DNA of 64,000 bases from Tubiluchus corallicola (taxonomy: Eukaryota > Animalia > Priapulida), in contig JAQGDQ010000157.1 of NCBI GenBank assembly GCA_030141605.1, positions 124,001 through 188,000 of the forward strand. The letters run 5' to 3'. The position numbers were made by a program, and so were the translations under genes. Positions 40,965 to 52,900 of this stretch are shown in pieces (the first letter of the stretch is position 1; every line of letters starts with the position of its first letter). The notes below the pieces were generated by a model that saw nothing but the letters and a program-made list of their open reading frames with translations, did no database searches and was not told where the DNA came from.

Positions 40965-43900
40965 CTAAAGAAAAACACAAGAACATCAAACAGAAAACTC
41001 TAACAATAGAAAAAATGTGATGTAACACATGGTTAAAAATTCTAAAAAAATTTTTAGTTTTCTTTAGTCTCGTTACAGCAAATGGTGATCAGGCACAGTC
41101 CGTATTAGAGCATTGACACTGCCCACTCAAGCTACTCAACTACGGTTTTAAAATGATACACGTATAATACACAATCCACATATATTCAATCATATTCATT
41201 GATATTTCTAAAGAAAACTACAGTAATCTCTACATAGCTTAAATTCAACCGGACTGAAAAAAACTTTGAGTTGGCGATTTTGAGTTACGCGGAGTTTACT
41301 GTATAAGGTTTTCAGAAGAATGTCTGATGTCTTCCACTTGCTCCACTCTTAAATAAAGTTTCCAGTCGGATAAGAAAAAAATGGCTAGACAATTGTCAAC
41401 AGTATAAGATTACAGTTGACCCAACTTTAGTTGCACACGTGTCAGCACTTTTGACCAGACAAATAACTACAAACAGTTTGGTCGATATCCCACATTTACA
41501 GTTTGCAGTGTTAAAACTATTAGATGATGGGAGCAAATTCAAATTTGTTGAAGATATGATACGGCTGTAAAAAACACAAAGATTGGTTGAGCTATTAGGA
41601 GTGAATCGCTACTTGTCTTCTTCACATCTGGATAAATGGTCTAAGGGTCTAAAACAACAAGTTTGTAACCAAAAGGTCCCTGGTTCAAATACCACTTCAT
41701 TTCATATTTTCACATTTGTTTATTTTGACTATTAGGATTAAGAAAAATGATAATTTTTTGGGATTTATACCTCGAGGTAGCTGAGAGAACAAGTTCTGCA
41801 CGTCAGCCGTGTGCCGAGAAAGAGCAGCCGCCATGCTTGAGCTCATATCCACAGAGGAGCTACGAGAGTCGCTCGACGTTCGCGTAGAGGGAGGGTACGG
41901 CATCAAAGGGTGTGGAATCCCGGTGTCGACGGGGTACTGAGCACTGCCCTCTAACATGCCCTGAATCTGTACAGCGGGTAAAAATATACGCTTACGATTA
42001 TATGCAGTGAAAAGAACCTTATCATCTCAAATAACTTTTATCAAAAATACATTTATTGTTTTACAAAAATGTATGTGATAAAGAAAATAAAATTAATGAG
42101 AAAGGAAAACCGTCCAGAATAACTATTTAGTATTGATCATTATAATGGCTACTGTATTTGTGGAAGGTGATGTTAATTAGGTGCAGTTTCATGCCATTTC
42201 ATATTTCAAATATACATGTAATCGCTGTTCAGTGGGAGCAAACGCTACATTCCTGAAGGAGTTAACTGTGCACCCACCGACATTCACAATGCAATTGGCC
42301 AATTTTCAATTTATAAAAATTAATATTTATACACCAATATAGTAAACATTGCAAAAAAGGAATCAGCAACTAGATACAGAGGTACAGCAATATATTCTTC
42401 AAGCATTTTATAGCACGAATCAAGTTCTACATGGAACCTATTAAAAAGTGTACCTGGTACACACCTCCAACACACCTGAAAGAAAAGCTCATCGTACCTG
42501 AGAAAGAAGGTGATCGCTGATTGTTGGCATACTGCTGCCAAGTAAAGATCGTCCGGAAGACAGGCCAGCCATACTCATTAGATGTTGTTGCTGTTGCTGC
42601 TGCTGTGAACTCGAGCGGGAATAGGATCCACCAGGAGTAGCTAACGATGTCCCGGTATAGTCGGCTAACGAACTTAATAATGATACACGATTAATTAGAC
42701 ATTTTAAATATGATTACCAACAATGCCAGTGTTAATTATAGCACATTAACATTATAACTGATTATTTATTATTATTATTATTATTATTATTTAATTATAT
42801 ATAATAATATGTACTGTACTTTTTCTCTTTTAATCAATTTATGTTCATTTTATCAACTGAATTTAAACCTCAAAACTTTTAAACTTTTCAATAATTTTTT
42901 TGCATAATTTTGTAACTGCATGTATAGTTTGTACAGTTTTAATTTCTATTTCATATTTTTCATGTTTATTTATATTCTGTATTGAGTGGTGTGCTGCTTC
43001 AGAAAATTTTTGGCCATTGTTTTAATACTATTTAAAACGACACAAAAATATGTAATTTTAATGTTGTAATTTGTAATTGTAATTTTAAAAAAACATACAC
43101 ACAACGAATACAGCATTAAGCTTTTTAGCAAAATTAGTGGTTATCTTCCTCATAAAAACAGTAAATTAAACAACAAAAATCGCATAGACGGGCACACCAT
43201 TAGGTATTCAAAGTTGGAGGAAATTAACATTGCTGGTGAGATAGAATTAGGCTTCTAATTCCATGACAGCACTCAAGCGCCTCCCAGAGGAATTTTGTGC
43301 AGTCATTTTTTGAAGGTGTTATGAAAAGTTGTGAAGTTTGAGTGAGACAGCTTATTGCTAGAAAAGGGGTGTCACCTTCGCAGCTTCATAGTTACAAACA
43401 CCAGTTATATGGTATTAGTTGTGTGTTTGCATAGCAAAATCGTCCGTAAGCCGGCAATTAAGCTTTTCTAATTATTCGCATCTTCATTTCATGAGGATCA
43501 TTTTGATACCAAGCTCATCGTTCTATGTTATTTCTAAACTGAGATAATCTACATTGAAGTTGAGGTACAGGCTACACATTGAAAAACATAATCTTGAGAT
43601 TATTGCTGATAAAGTTAGCCATTGTTTTTTCTCGCGTTTCTACAAAACACTTAGCAACTGCACAAATGTGGGTTGCTACGGACTTTGCAAGAACACATTG
43701 GTGTTATGTGTAATGCCATTAGACGGCTCTTCCTGACGAAGATCTGGTCTTAGCAACAGAAAAAACACAAAGCAAAATGATTGCTTGGATGAACTACTAT
43801 CAGAGTTTTAAAATACGAGTTCTTAACAATTGCATTGCTAGTTTCTAGCCTTAAAAGTATGGGGTTATAAAATTAGATTTTTGTATTTTTTGAACACTTT

Positions 43901-46900
43901 CTTGATGATTTAATGCTAGAATATAAAAGTCATATTTAGTGTTTGTTTTTATAAAAAAAATTGATATTTGACCAAATTTTTGGTGCATTCTACTTTGAAG
44001 CATCATAACGTAGTTTTAACTATGCCGACTTATGGACGGTGTTGGTTTGCAAGCATAACAACTTCACGTATAATCACTTTATAAACCCAATTTTTCACAT
44101 AAGTTAAAATACAGCATACCTGGGATAAGAAGCAGGTAGTTTTTGATTCAATCCATACAATGGATGCCCGGCATACGACAGCGTCGCTGATGACAGCGGT
44201 GATGATGATGATGATGCCATCGCAGAACTCTGCGAAGGATAAAAACTGGAAACTGAGGAATGGCTAACTTGTTGAGTCTACAAATAAAGGAAAGGTTGAA
44301 TTATTACTGACGTTTGCTAAACAGTTGAACACTCAGTGAGAGCCTACCTAATAGATATGTGAAGTTGTGGCTGGACTGCAACTTAAGGCACTACTGAGAA
44401 TAAACCTCTAAGATTAAACGTTGCTGTCTAAGCCATGTTTGGATGTGAAAATCTTTCTTCGGTAAGGTAAACATGCACAGACAGTATGTTAGGTAAAACC
44501 CAAGCAAAACTAATACGGCCACCTTGCACCAGATGGCCATCCATCCAGTAAGTGACCAGGCTCAAGGTTGCTCGAACATAATGTAACAATGCATCACCTA
44601 ACCATACCTTGTAAGTGTTAATATCTTGCCTGAGCTCGATTGGCTTGGCTCAGGGAGACCTTGCACCAGATGACCACCCATCCAGTAAGTGAGAAGGCTT
44701 AAGACTATTTAACTTCGACTGCCAAAGAAAGTTTTAGGTACTTAGAAGTTCTAATAATAAAAGACAGTGTGTCATGCAATCATACCTGTGCAGGTGTTAA
44801 TCTCCTGTCTGAACTCGAATGCTCGGCTCGAGGAGACCCATGTTTGACTCTAGATGCAGACTGGTGTTGTTGCTGGGATGTTGACTCCCTTATTTTTGTC
44901 ACTGACTGCTGATGATGTAACTGCTGATGTTGTGGAGTTAAAGACTCCCTCGTTTTTGTGCTGCCCGACTGATGAAGCTGCTGCTGTTGGGATGCGGATT
45001 CCCTCAGCTTGGAGAATGCCATCTGCACTTGACTGTCTCCGAATGAGTCCCTCTTTTTTTGAAGCACAGAAGCTGCTTGTTGAGTTTGTGATTCCAGACG
45101 GACGTCCCTTTGCTTATTAACACTATGCTGTAAAGTGACATTATCAACATGTGTGTAAGTTGGCAGTGAGTACAAGTATTGCATGGCGTCAGTCGCCCTG
45201 GCTTCCTTTGGTCTGTGATGCTGTAAAGTTTGAGCATTAGATGCCGAGGACGTCAAGAGCTGAGAATGCATTCGGGATGCCTGCGAAGCCGTGGTAACAA
45301 TACTGTCTTGCACTTTTGAATTGTAGTGAACTGTATGCGGCATATAACTCTGTGACGAACTTTTACTTTCTTTTAAGACCGACTGCTGACTAGGGGCACG
45401 AACTTGGCTCAAGCGAGAGTATAACCCCGACATTTCTGCCGCCAAGCCCACCTGACCAGTAAGAAGTGAATGATAATGTTGATGCGCTGAACTGACAGGT
45501 TTATTTTGTGTATAGTAATCAGATAAATCATGGTGTTTTTCTGGAATAGTTGTTGGGACAAATCCTCCTGATGTAACATTAGACATCTTTTCGTTTGGTG
45601 ATGTCTTGGTATGATGACCTTTAACTGAACTAACTGTCGAAGCATTTAACAAAATTTCTCCTGGCTCTGCAGAAGACCGCCTAACAGGCAAATCATCGTC
45701 TTTGGACTGAAAATAAGAAGATGAAAAGAGTGACCGTTTAGCATAGTCTTTGTTAGCATCAGTTGCAATTCGCTCGGTAGCTGTCAGTGCTGACATCTGT
45801 TGGGAACTTGTAGACTGATTACTCGGCTTGCCAAGTAATTGCTGACTTGTATGTTCGGTAACAGAAGCCACGATGTCACCAACCGATAATCCACGACGAG
45901 AGTCTTTGATGTTGTCTGCAGCACGAGGTGCGTCACTAGAGGGCGAACTGTAGCGTTGGTTTGTGCTGCCACCACTTGGTGGCGTATTCTTGATAGGTGA
46001 ATTGTCACTCGGCGGGGAGAGCGCAGCCGTGGACATAAACTTCTGATAAGAGTCTAAGAATGAGGAAGACATCATGTGAGTATTGAACTCAAGCGACGGA
46101 GATGAAACGGTGGGATTCGTGGGATTCGCAACAGAAGCTGTTGGGACACTTACTGCTGCTGCCACACCCGCATAACTATGGTCACCATGTTTCTGCTTTT
46201 GTGTGGCAGCAGCGGCGGCATTATCATGTATCACAGGTGATACCATTGCCACATTTCTCACAACTGGTTTTGATGTTTTTGCCGGTTGCTGCTTGTTCGT
46301 CATCCCGGATGACTTGTGCAATTTCTCTGATGATGCATGATCTGTCTCCTTCACAGCACCACGTTCTAGGTTATTGGCAATTTCCATTTTACGAATTTCG
46401 GGTATGTCGGCGTCGGCCACTTCAGCATTTGTCTTATTCGACAGCAAATCTAATTTCTCGACGGCCACGGAAACGGCTGCAACAGGCTTCTTTTGTACAT
46501 TCGGACTGAACTTCTTTTGCAGTTTATTGGCTCTAGAAATTAACAAAAATGTGCACAAGATATTACATGCAAAAATGTTGGTTCCTTTCGCACGTGGTAA
46601 ATACTACAGAAGTTGATGTGTTAGGCAAACGTAATTTCTATAGTTAAAACAATGATTATTACATACGGATTCGAAATGTAACAAAACATTGAAATGTCGG
46701 CTTTAAGCTAAATCTGTCACAGTCTGGTAAACTTTTGCAGAAAAGTTTCAAACGTCTTACAGCAAATTCACTTACTGCTGGATTGGTCGGTCCATCCTGC
46801 TTTCCTTAGACAAAACCTGTATACTCATCCACTTATCGGGCCAAAAAGGTTTAACTTCCTTCTCCAAGAATGATTGCAGGTAATCTTCCAAATTCTGCAC

Positions 46901-49900
46901 CCGAATCTTCAATCCCTCGTGTATTTTCATCTTCAGCTGAACCGCCTCCTTGAGCAGAGCCCTAAAACAGTTTTATCAATAATGGGTAAGACAGTCAAAG
47001 CTTTCAAAAATATAATTTTAATTGATTTCCGTTTTCTAATACTCAATTTACTCTGTCTTCAGAACACAATGCAGTAGTGGGGAGTTTTAATGCTTAAATT
47101 TCCGCAACCAATAGAGGGATCATGAAATGTCAATCAACAAGTGGGAGTCCACCTCACAATGGCTGATGAAGGTCAATCAGATGCTGTACCTGGCTAGCCA
47201 TTCCATGTACATTACACAAACCCAGATGTTTACTCTCATACACCACGGCAAATGCGCATGACTTTACCTGGCTAGCTATTCCACCTACATTACACACCTC
47301 CAGACGTTTACCCACATACACCATGGTGAACGCGCGCGGCTTTATCTGGCTAGCTATTCCACTTACATTACACACCTCCAGACGTTTACTCACACCATGG
47401 TAAACGCGCAGGGCTTTACCTGGCTAGCTATTCCACCTACATTACACACCTCTAGACGTTTACCCACATACACCACAAAAAAATGTTCAAACATGTCGAA
47501 GACCTCACAAAAACTAAACTTGCTAAAAATTAATAAAACCATACTGTCTGTTAAAATGTAATTAGCTTTCCATTTTTTTCAAATTTGCAATTTAAATCCT
47601 TCTATAACGTGGGAATATGCCGACTTCAACACTATAATACACAGCATTAGATTGCCAGGTACTACTGTACAGAACAAAACATTATTAATTAAATTTCGTA
47701 ATTAATAGGTCCTCTTAATTATCATATTCACAAAGTTTAGCCTGAGCAATTTATGCTGTTTAAAATTGAATGTTAGAGATTATATAAGTCTTTTAAATTG
47801 GTCATGCGTAATTTGCTTTACATGTATTTTTGTACCTCCGACTATACAAGTAACTGGAATATCCGTCCCTCTAGCTAAAATTCAAATTTACTTTACCATT
47901 ATGCAAAATTTTCAGTGTTACATAACAAAGTTTACAATTCCCCACACTCAAGAAATTGGCACGTGAAGAGATTAGGGTTAGGGTTGGTGTTAGGATTATG
48001 GTTAGGGTTACGGTTGTGTTGAGGTTAGGGTTATTGTTAGGATTAGGGTTAAGGTTAGGATTAAGGCAAGGGTTAGGGTTGGTGTTAGGAATAGGGTCAG
48101 GGTTACGGTTGTGTTGAGGTTAGGGTTAGGGCTAGAGTTAGAGTTAGGGTATTTAAATTGTATGGAAAATTGTAAATTCTTCCCTAAGTTTTAATTTCAT
48201 TGTGAAGTTTTGCTCGTAAGACACTGGAAAACAATTTTATTGCAAATGTAAGTAAAAATATCTATTATTTTCCTTTCACCACAAGTTCGTGCAGCTGTAG
48301 AACTCTTTTCAATGAAGACCAGCATTCTGTTCGTCAAGTAACAACATTTTAACTTTCAAATAAAAAATGATATCATCCACATATTCTTAATCTAAATTAT
48401 TAAATGCTCTTATTTTTGTAGTCAGGTAAGTATAACAGGGATACACTTCTCTGGATTAGGTGGAACACATTAGGATTTACTGTACTATGGTATTAAATAC
48501 CAGTATTATCACACAATCCACAGACTAAATACTTGCCTTGATTGGTCTGACCACTGAAATTTTCTATACGGCATTCTACTTTTACTCTTCTCTTCAGTTT
48601 TGCTTTTGGTAGTGTCTTCATCTGACGAGTGGTCACTCTGAGATTTTACGTCCTCTTTGTTGGCTTCTTCTGCTTGTCTGTAAATTTGTACAAGAGAACG
48701 AGTGAAAGCCACGCAAAGCAAGCAACCACTTATTTACTTCTGCACCATTGCAAAATTTTTATATTAAAGGCCCAAAGGATATTCAAGTTTTTTAAGCACA
48801 TTATTATGATTACACAAAGAATTCATAGTTATTATTAAACAAAAGAGACTTATAAATTAAATGAATAACTTACCCTTTTCTGGCAAATTTCGAATGCGTG
48901 CATGCTGTAAAGATCGCCATGTTTCATGTCTTTGGCGTGAGCGAGCGAGAATGATGTACATATAATAGAAAGCGTCTTTGGTTACCGATGTTTGTCTACC
49001 AATCTTTGGTGACCCCGTGACTGTTACTTATAATGTCATTTGTCTCGCACAACGAAAAATGGCAGATCTTCAAATTTATCGCTAACAATGAAGTAATACA
49101 GTTTTTTGCACCAAACATTTTCAAAATGTAGGCGGTACTGCCATCTAACTAGCGAAACGCATGTAACAGTGCCGCATAGCCGCATAAATGTAAAATTGCT
49201 TTTGTGTGACAATAATTCTTTCACGTAAGTCATTCTTGAAAAATAGTATGTTCTCTTCAACATTTTACAGGGTAGATTGCTTTGACTTGTAGTTTAAGGC
49301 CGAGTCCAGTTTTCCTTTAAATTTTAATGTTTTAATGTACATTTAATGCAGTAACATGCTAAAAAACTCACCTAGAAGCCGTTACGACCTCGCACTGTAT
49401 TTTGTACTTTTCTAACTGCGGTGTCATCTCTTTTGTGACAACTAAAAAAATGAAAGACAATAATTTAGAAAATGCGTTACAATAACAACAAGTCATTTAA
49501 GACTACTTTGAGTCAAGGAAAGTTGTTCAAACTGTTTCTACTTTGGGTGGAACTCAGTACAACTGTGCCCAATTAATCCCTTTTATGGAACTGTTTTCAC
49601 TGGTCAACACCAAATGCCACAACACATCATCCATTGCTTGGATATCTTGTTTTACAATGTTATATTTTAAGTGCCTCTTCTGTTTGTTTAATTCAAAGAG
49701 ACAGTTCACGATATACATAGGAAGCCAAAACACTTTTAAGTCATGTTTCATCAGCCAAAAGTTTACATAAAGCTTTAATCATAACGGTAAACTTCTGAGG
49801 AATTTTTCAAGACCCCCAGATATCAAGTTCACGAACTTAAGTTTCTACACAGAAAATTACCAACAAAAGATGTAAAACAAACAATTACTAGGTTTTGGCT

Positions 49901-52900
49901 TGAAATTTTTGATATCAAAATTAAAGTTCCTAAAAGAGTGTGAAGGAAACCTGTGTGAGTAAATTCATTCAAAGTAAAAAAAATAGTGTAAGAACTACAC
50001 CATGTTAATCTAATTTCTTTTCTCATCAATCTACAAAGTGCTATTTCAATCAAAAGTTTAAAGCACAAAAAACCCTCCACTTACATAAAGCTTAAAAAAT
50101 TCGTCTCAAAATTTTATGCCACTTACACACTGCTTTTTTGCATACAGAGCTTGCGTCAACAGTAATGCTTTATAAAACTTGTAAATTTAAATTCCCGTGA
50201 TGACCGTTAGACACAACCAGTCCGACGATAAGTCATTTGAAACAAATTTAGTTAACAATAAGTAAAGTTTGAAAACTAATCAGAACATTCGTAGCACTGT
50301 CTTCGATAATGAAGCAAAAGTTTAAATTACAGTATCTTGTCAATAAGATTAAAAATTTGGTTAGTGAGTGGTGCACCCTGGAGGTGAGTTAATGATATTT
50401 TACCAATTGTTGAAAACATTTTAGACAATTAATAATTTTCTTTTCTAGTCTGTCAAGCAGGTAAACGAAATGCTAAGTAATATAATTTTGTATGGAAAGT
50501 TCTTTTTTGGGACATTATTTAGCATTTCCTTTTCTTCCCTTGATTTACATTTCGCATACATGGTGTCATGTAATAGTGTAGTCGGAACAGTAATGCGGGA
50601 GATTCAAAATGAAACAAACAAAAATCCTTTCAATGCGAGTACAATATATGCATAAAATTATAAAGTAATATAATTTTAAGGGGATTTTTCTGAAACCTAC
50701 TTCAGGTACCCCTTTACTTGTCCTTTAAAAACATTTCCTCTGTACAGTTTCAAACAATATTGACCACCCACCTTGTTTCAATTTGTTCATGACGATTTGT
50801 AAGTCTTGTTCACACTTGTCGCCGTAAAGCTTTTTAGCGCGTTTGAGCAGGGTTTCCTTTCCGCAAGGGAGGTGAGTCGCCAGGTGCGAGTAAATGTGAG
50901 ATCTGCGAGCTGGAGGAAGAGCCTTACTTCCCGTTTCTATATCCAGCAGCATTCCATTCACGGCGTCCGTGAAAAATTTCCTTTTAGGCTCAACGGAAAT
51001 CCTTGCTTCCTACATCGAAAGATCAATATTTTCACATTTTAAAAACTTACAAAACATATGCAGAACAAATTTGAAAAAAAAATACTCACAAAAAACAACT
51101 TTTACCTCACAGCCACAGGGGGACTAGACTGCTACTGAGTAAGATAACAAGTTACTTTAAAAGCTATAATTTTTTTATAACAGAGTAAGTCCGTGCTCAA
51201 AGATGCTAATGCGTTCTAGCAAGAGTTTTATTCATATTTTTACTGATTAATTTCTTTCTGTTTACTTGAAACCACATACCTTTGTTAGTAATATCTAGTT
51301 AAATTTATTGGCGGTTTCTCTTTCGTTAAGGTTAAATGCCCTATAAATATGTATTGGCAGTTAGCAGTTCAACACTGTGTAGTGAAAGCCAAGGCCTGGA
51401 GCTACCTTGGTATAATTTCATCAAACCACCCAAAGGCTGTATATTAAGAAATTACCCGTCCATTTACAAATCACTCCCTAAGTGTGCACTGCAACCACTT
51501 AGCTATTTCCCTTAATCTTAATGAAATTATCGAATATAACATTTACTTAGAAAAACAAAAGCTTATACACTTTATATTTATTCCAAAAACCATTTTTCTC
51601 TATTACTGTGCCAACTTTAAATCTGCTAGTATGATATTCTAGCACTAAAATTGCTATTTATCAGCATCTACAATAAAAAGCTTCAAAGCACATCTTATAT
51701 ACATATACAGTAAACTATGTATAACTTTAACACCCCGGGACCGGAAAATGCGTTCGATTTATGCGAGAATACGAGTTAGACAATGTTCGTAAGAAAACAA
51801 GATTAAGTCAACGTTGTACTATACACTACGTGCTGTGAAAAAGACAAACTGAGCCTTAAATCAAATATCAAACAACAGTTTTTATGAATAATCAAATATA
51901 AAATGACTGGTCCACCTCTGTTGTAATCTGAGTAACATGGTTAATAGAATTCGGACATAATACTGTGACCCAAGTAATTTGACCTCGTTCGTTAAGTCAT
52001 GTTATGCTCAGCGTTCTCCTAAGGCGATACCAGAATACTTAGCATTTTTGCTGAAACCAGCAGTTAAAATCGTAATGTGGGGCACACTTTTGCATAACAT
52101 TCTTTGTTATGCAAAAGTGTGCAATCTTGAGTGGTTGTTAAAGATAGGCGGGTAATTTCAATTAGATTGGTACAGAGAAAAGTGAAAGGGAAAGTCCGTT
52201 CCATGAGATCTGTTCCAGATACGCAAGAATTTGAGTTATAGAGGATTAAGTTATACGTAGGTTACTATATGCAGAAATATACATATTTCTCACTGCAAAA
52301 TAATATTATATAAAAACTCCAGTTGCGTAAATTATGTTAAACAAAACATTGGCAAATCTAAGCCTATACACTTAGCCAATCAACTGAAATGGAGCTGTTT
52401 TGAAAATCCTACCTGTTTTATCTTATTGACCATATTTAGCAGGTCTTTCGGCAGGTCATCCGGAAGCTGAGATATTGGAATGTTGTTAGATAATAATTCA
52501 CTTCTCGGTGAATCTGTGTCATTGCTTTCGCCACCATCACTGTCCTCGTCAGCCGAGTCCAAATCTATTCAAACAATCAGAAAAAGTAGCAAATAAAATC
52601 CTTAAAGCACAAGAAAACACTGTTCATAAATAAAGCTTAAGAAATTTATGTTGAAATTTTAAATCACTCACATGTTGTCTTATTGCATACAGAGTTTGTG
52701 TTAACAGTAACGCTGTATAAAACTTACACAATGAAATTCTCACAATGAATATTAGGCGCAGTCATTTTAAAGATTAAAAAGCTCAAAAAAGTTTAGATAA
52801 CCTTGCGTAAAATCTGAAAAAATAACCAGAGCATTTGTAGCGCATTCTTCACAAACTAAACAAAAGTTTAAATTACTTTGTATTGTCAATAAGATCAATA

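Noticed and set aside
41625-41700. tRNA gene candidate (tggtctaagg ... ggttcaaatacc)
   Set aside because: A/B-box-like only; acceptor and anticodon stems do not pair. Likely a decayed SINE head.
44780-46558. 592 aa ORF as a stand-alone gene
   Set aside because: It has phase-compatible splice sites on both sides and is the large exon of ubinuclein.
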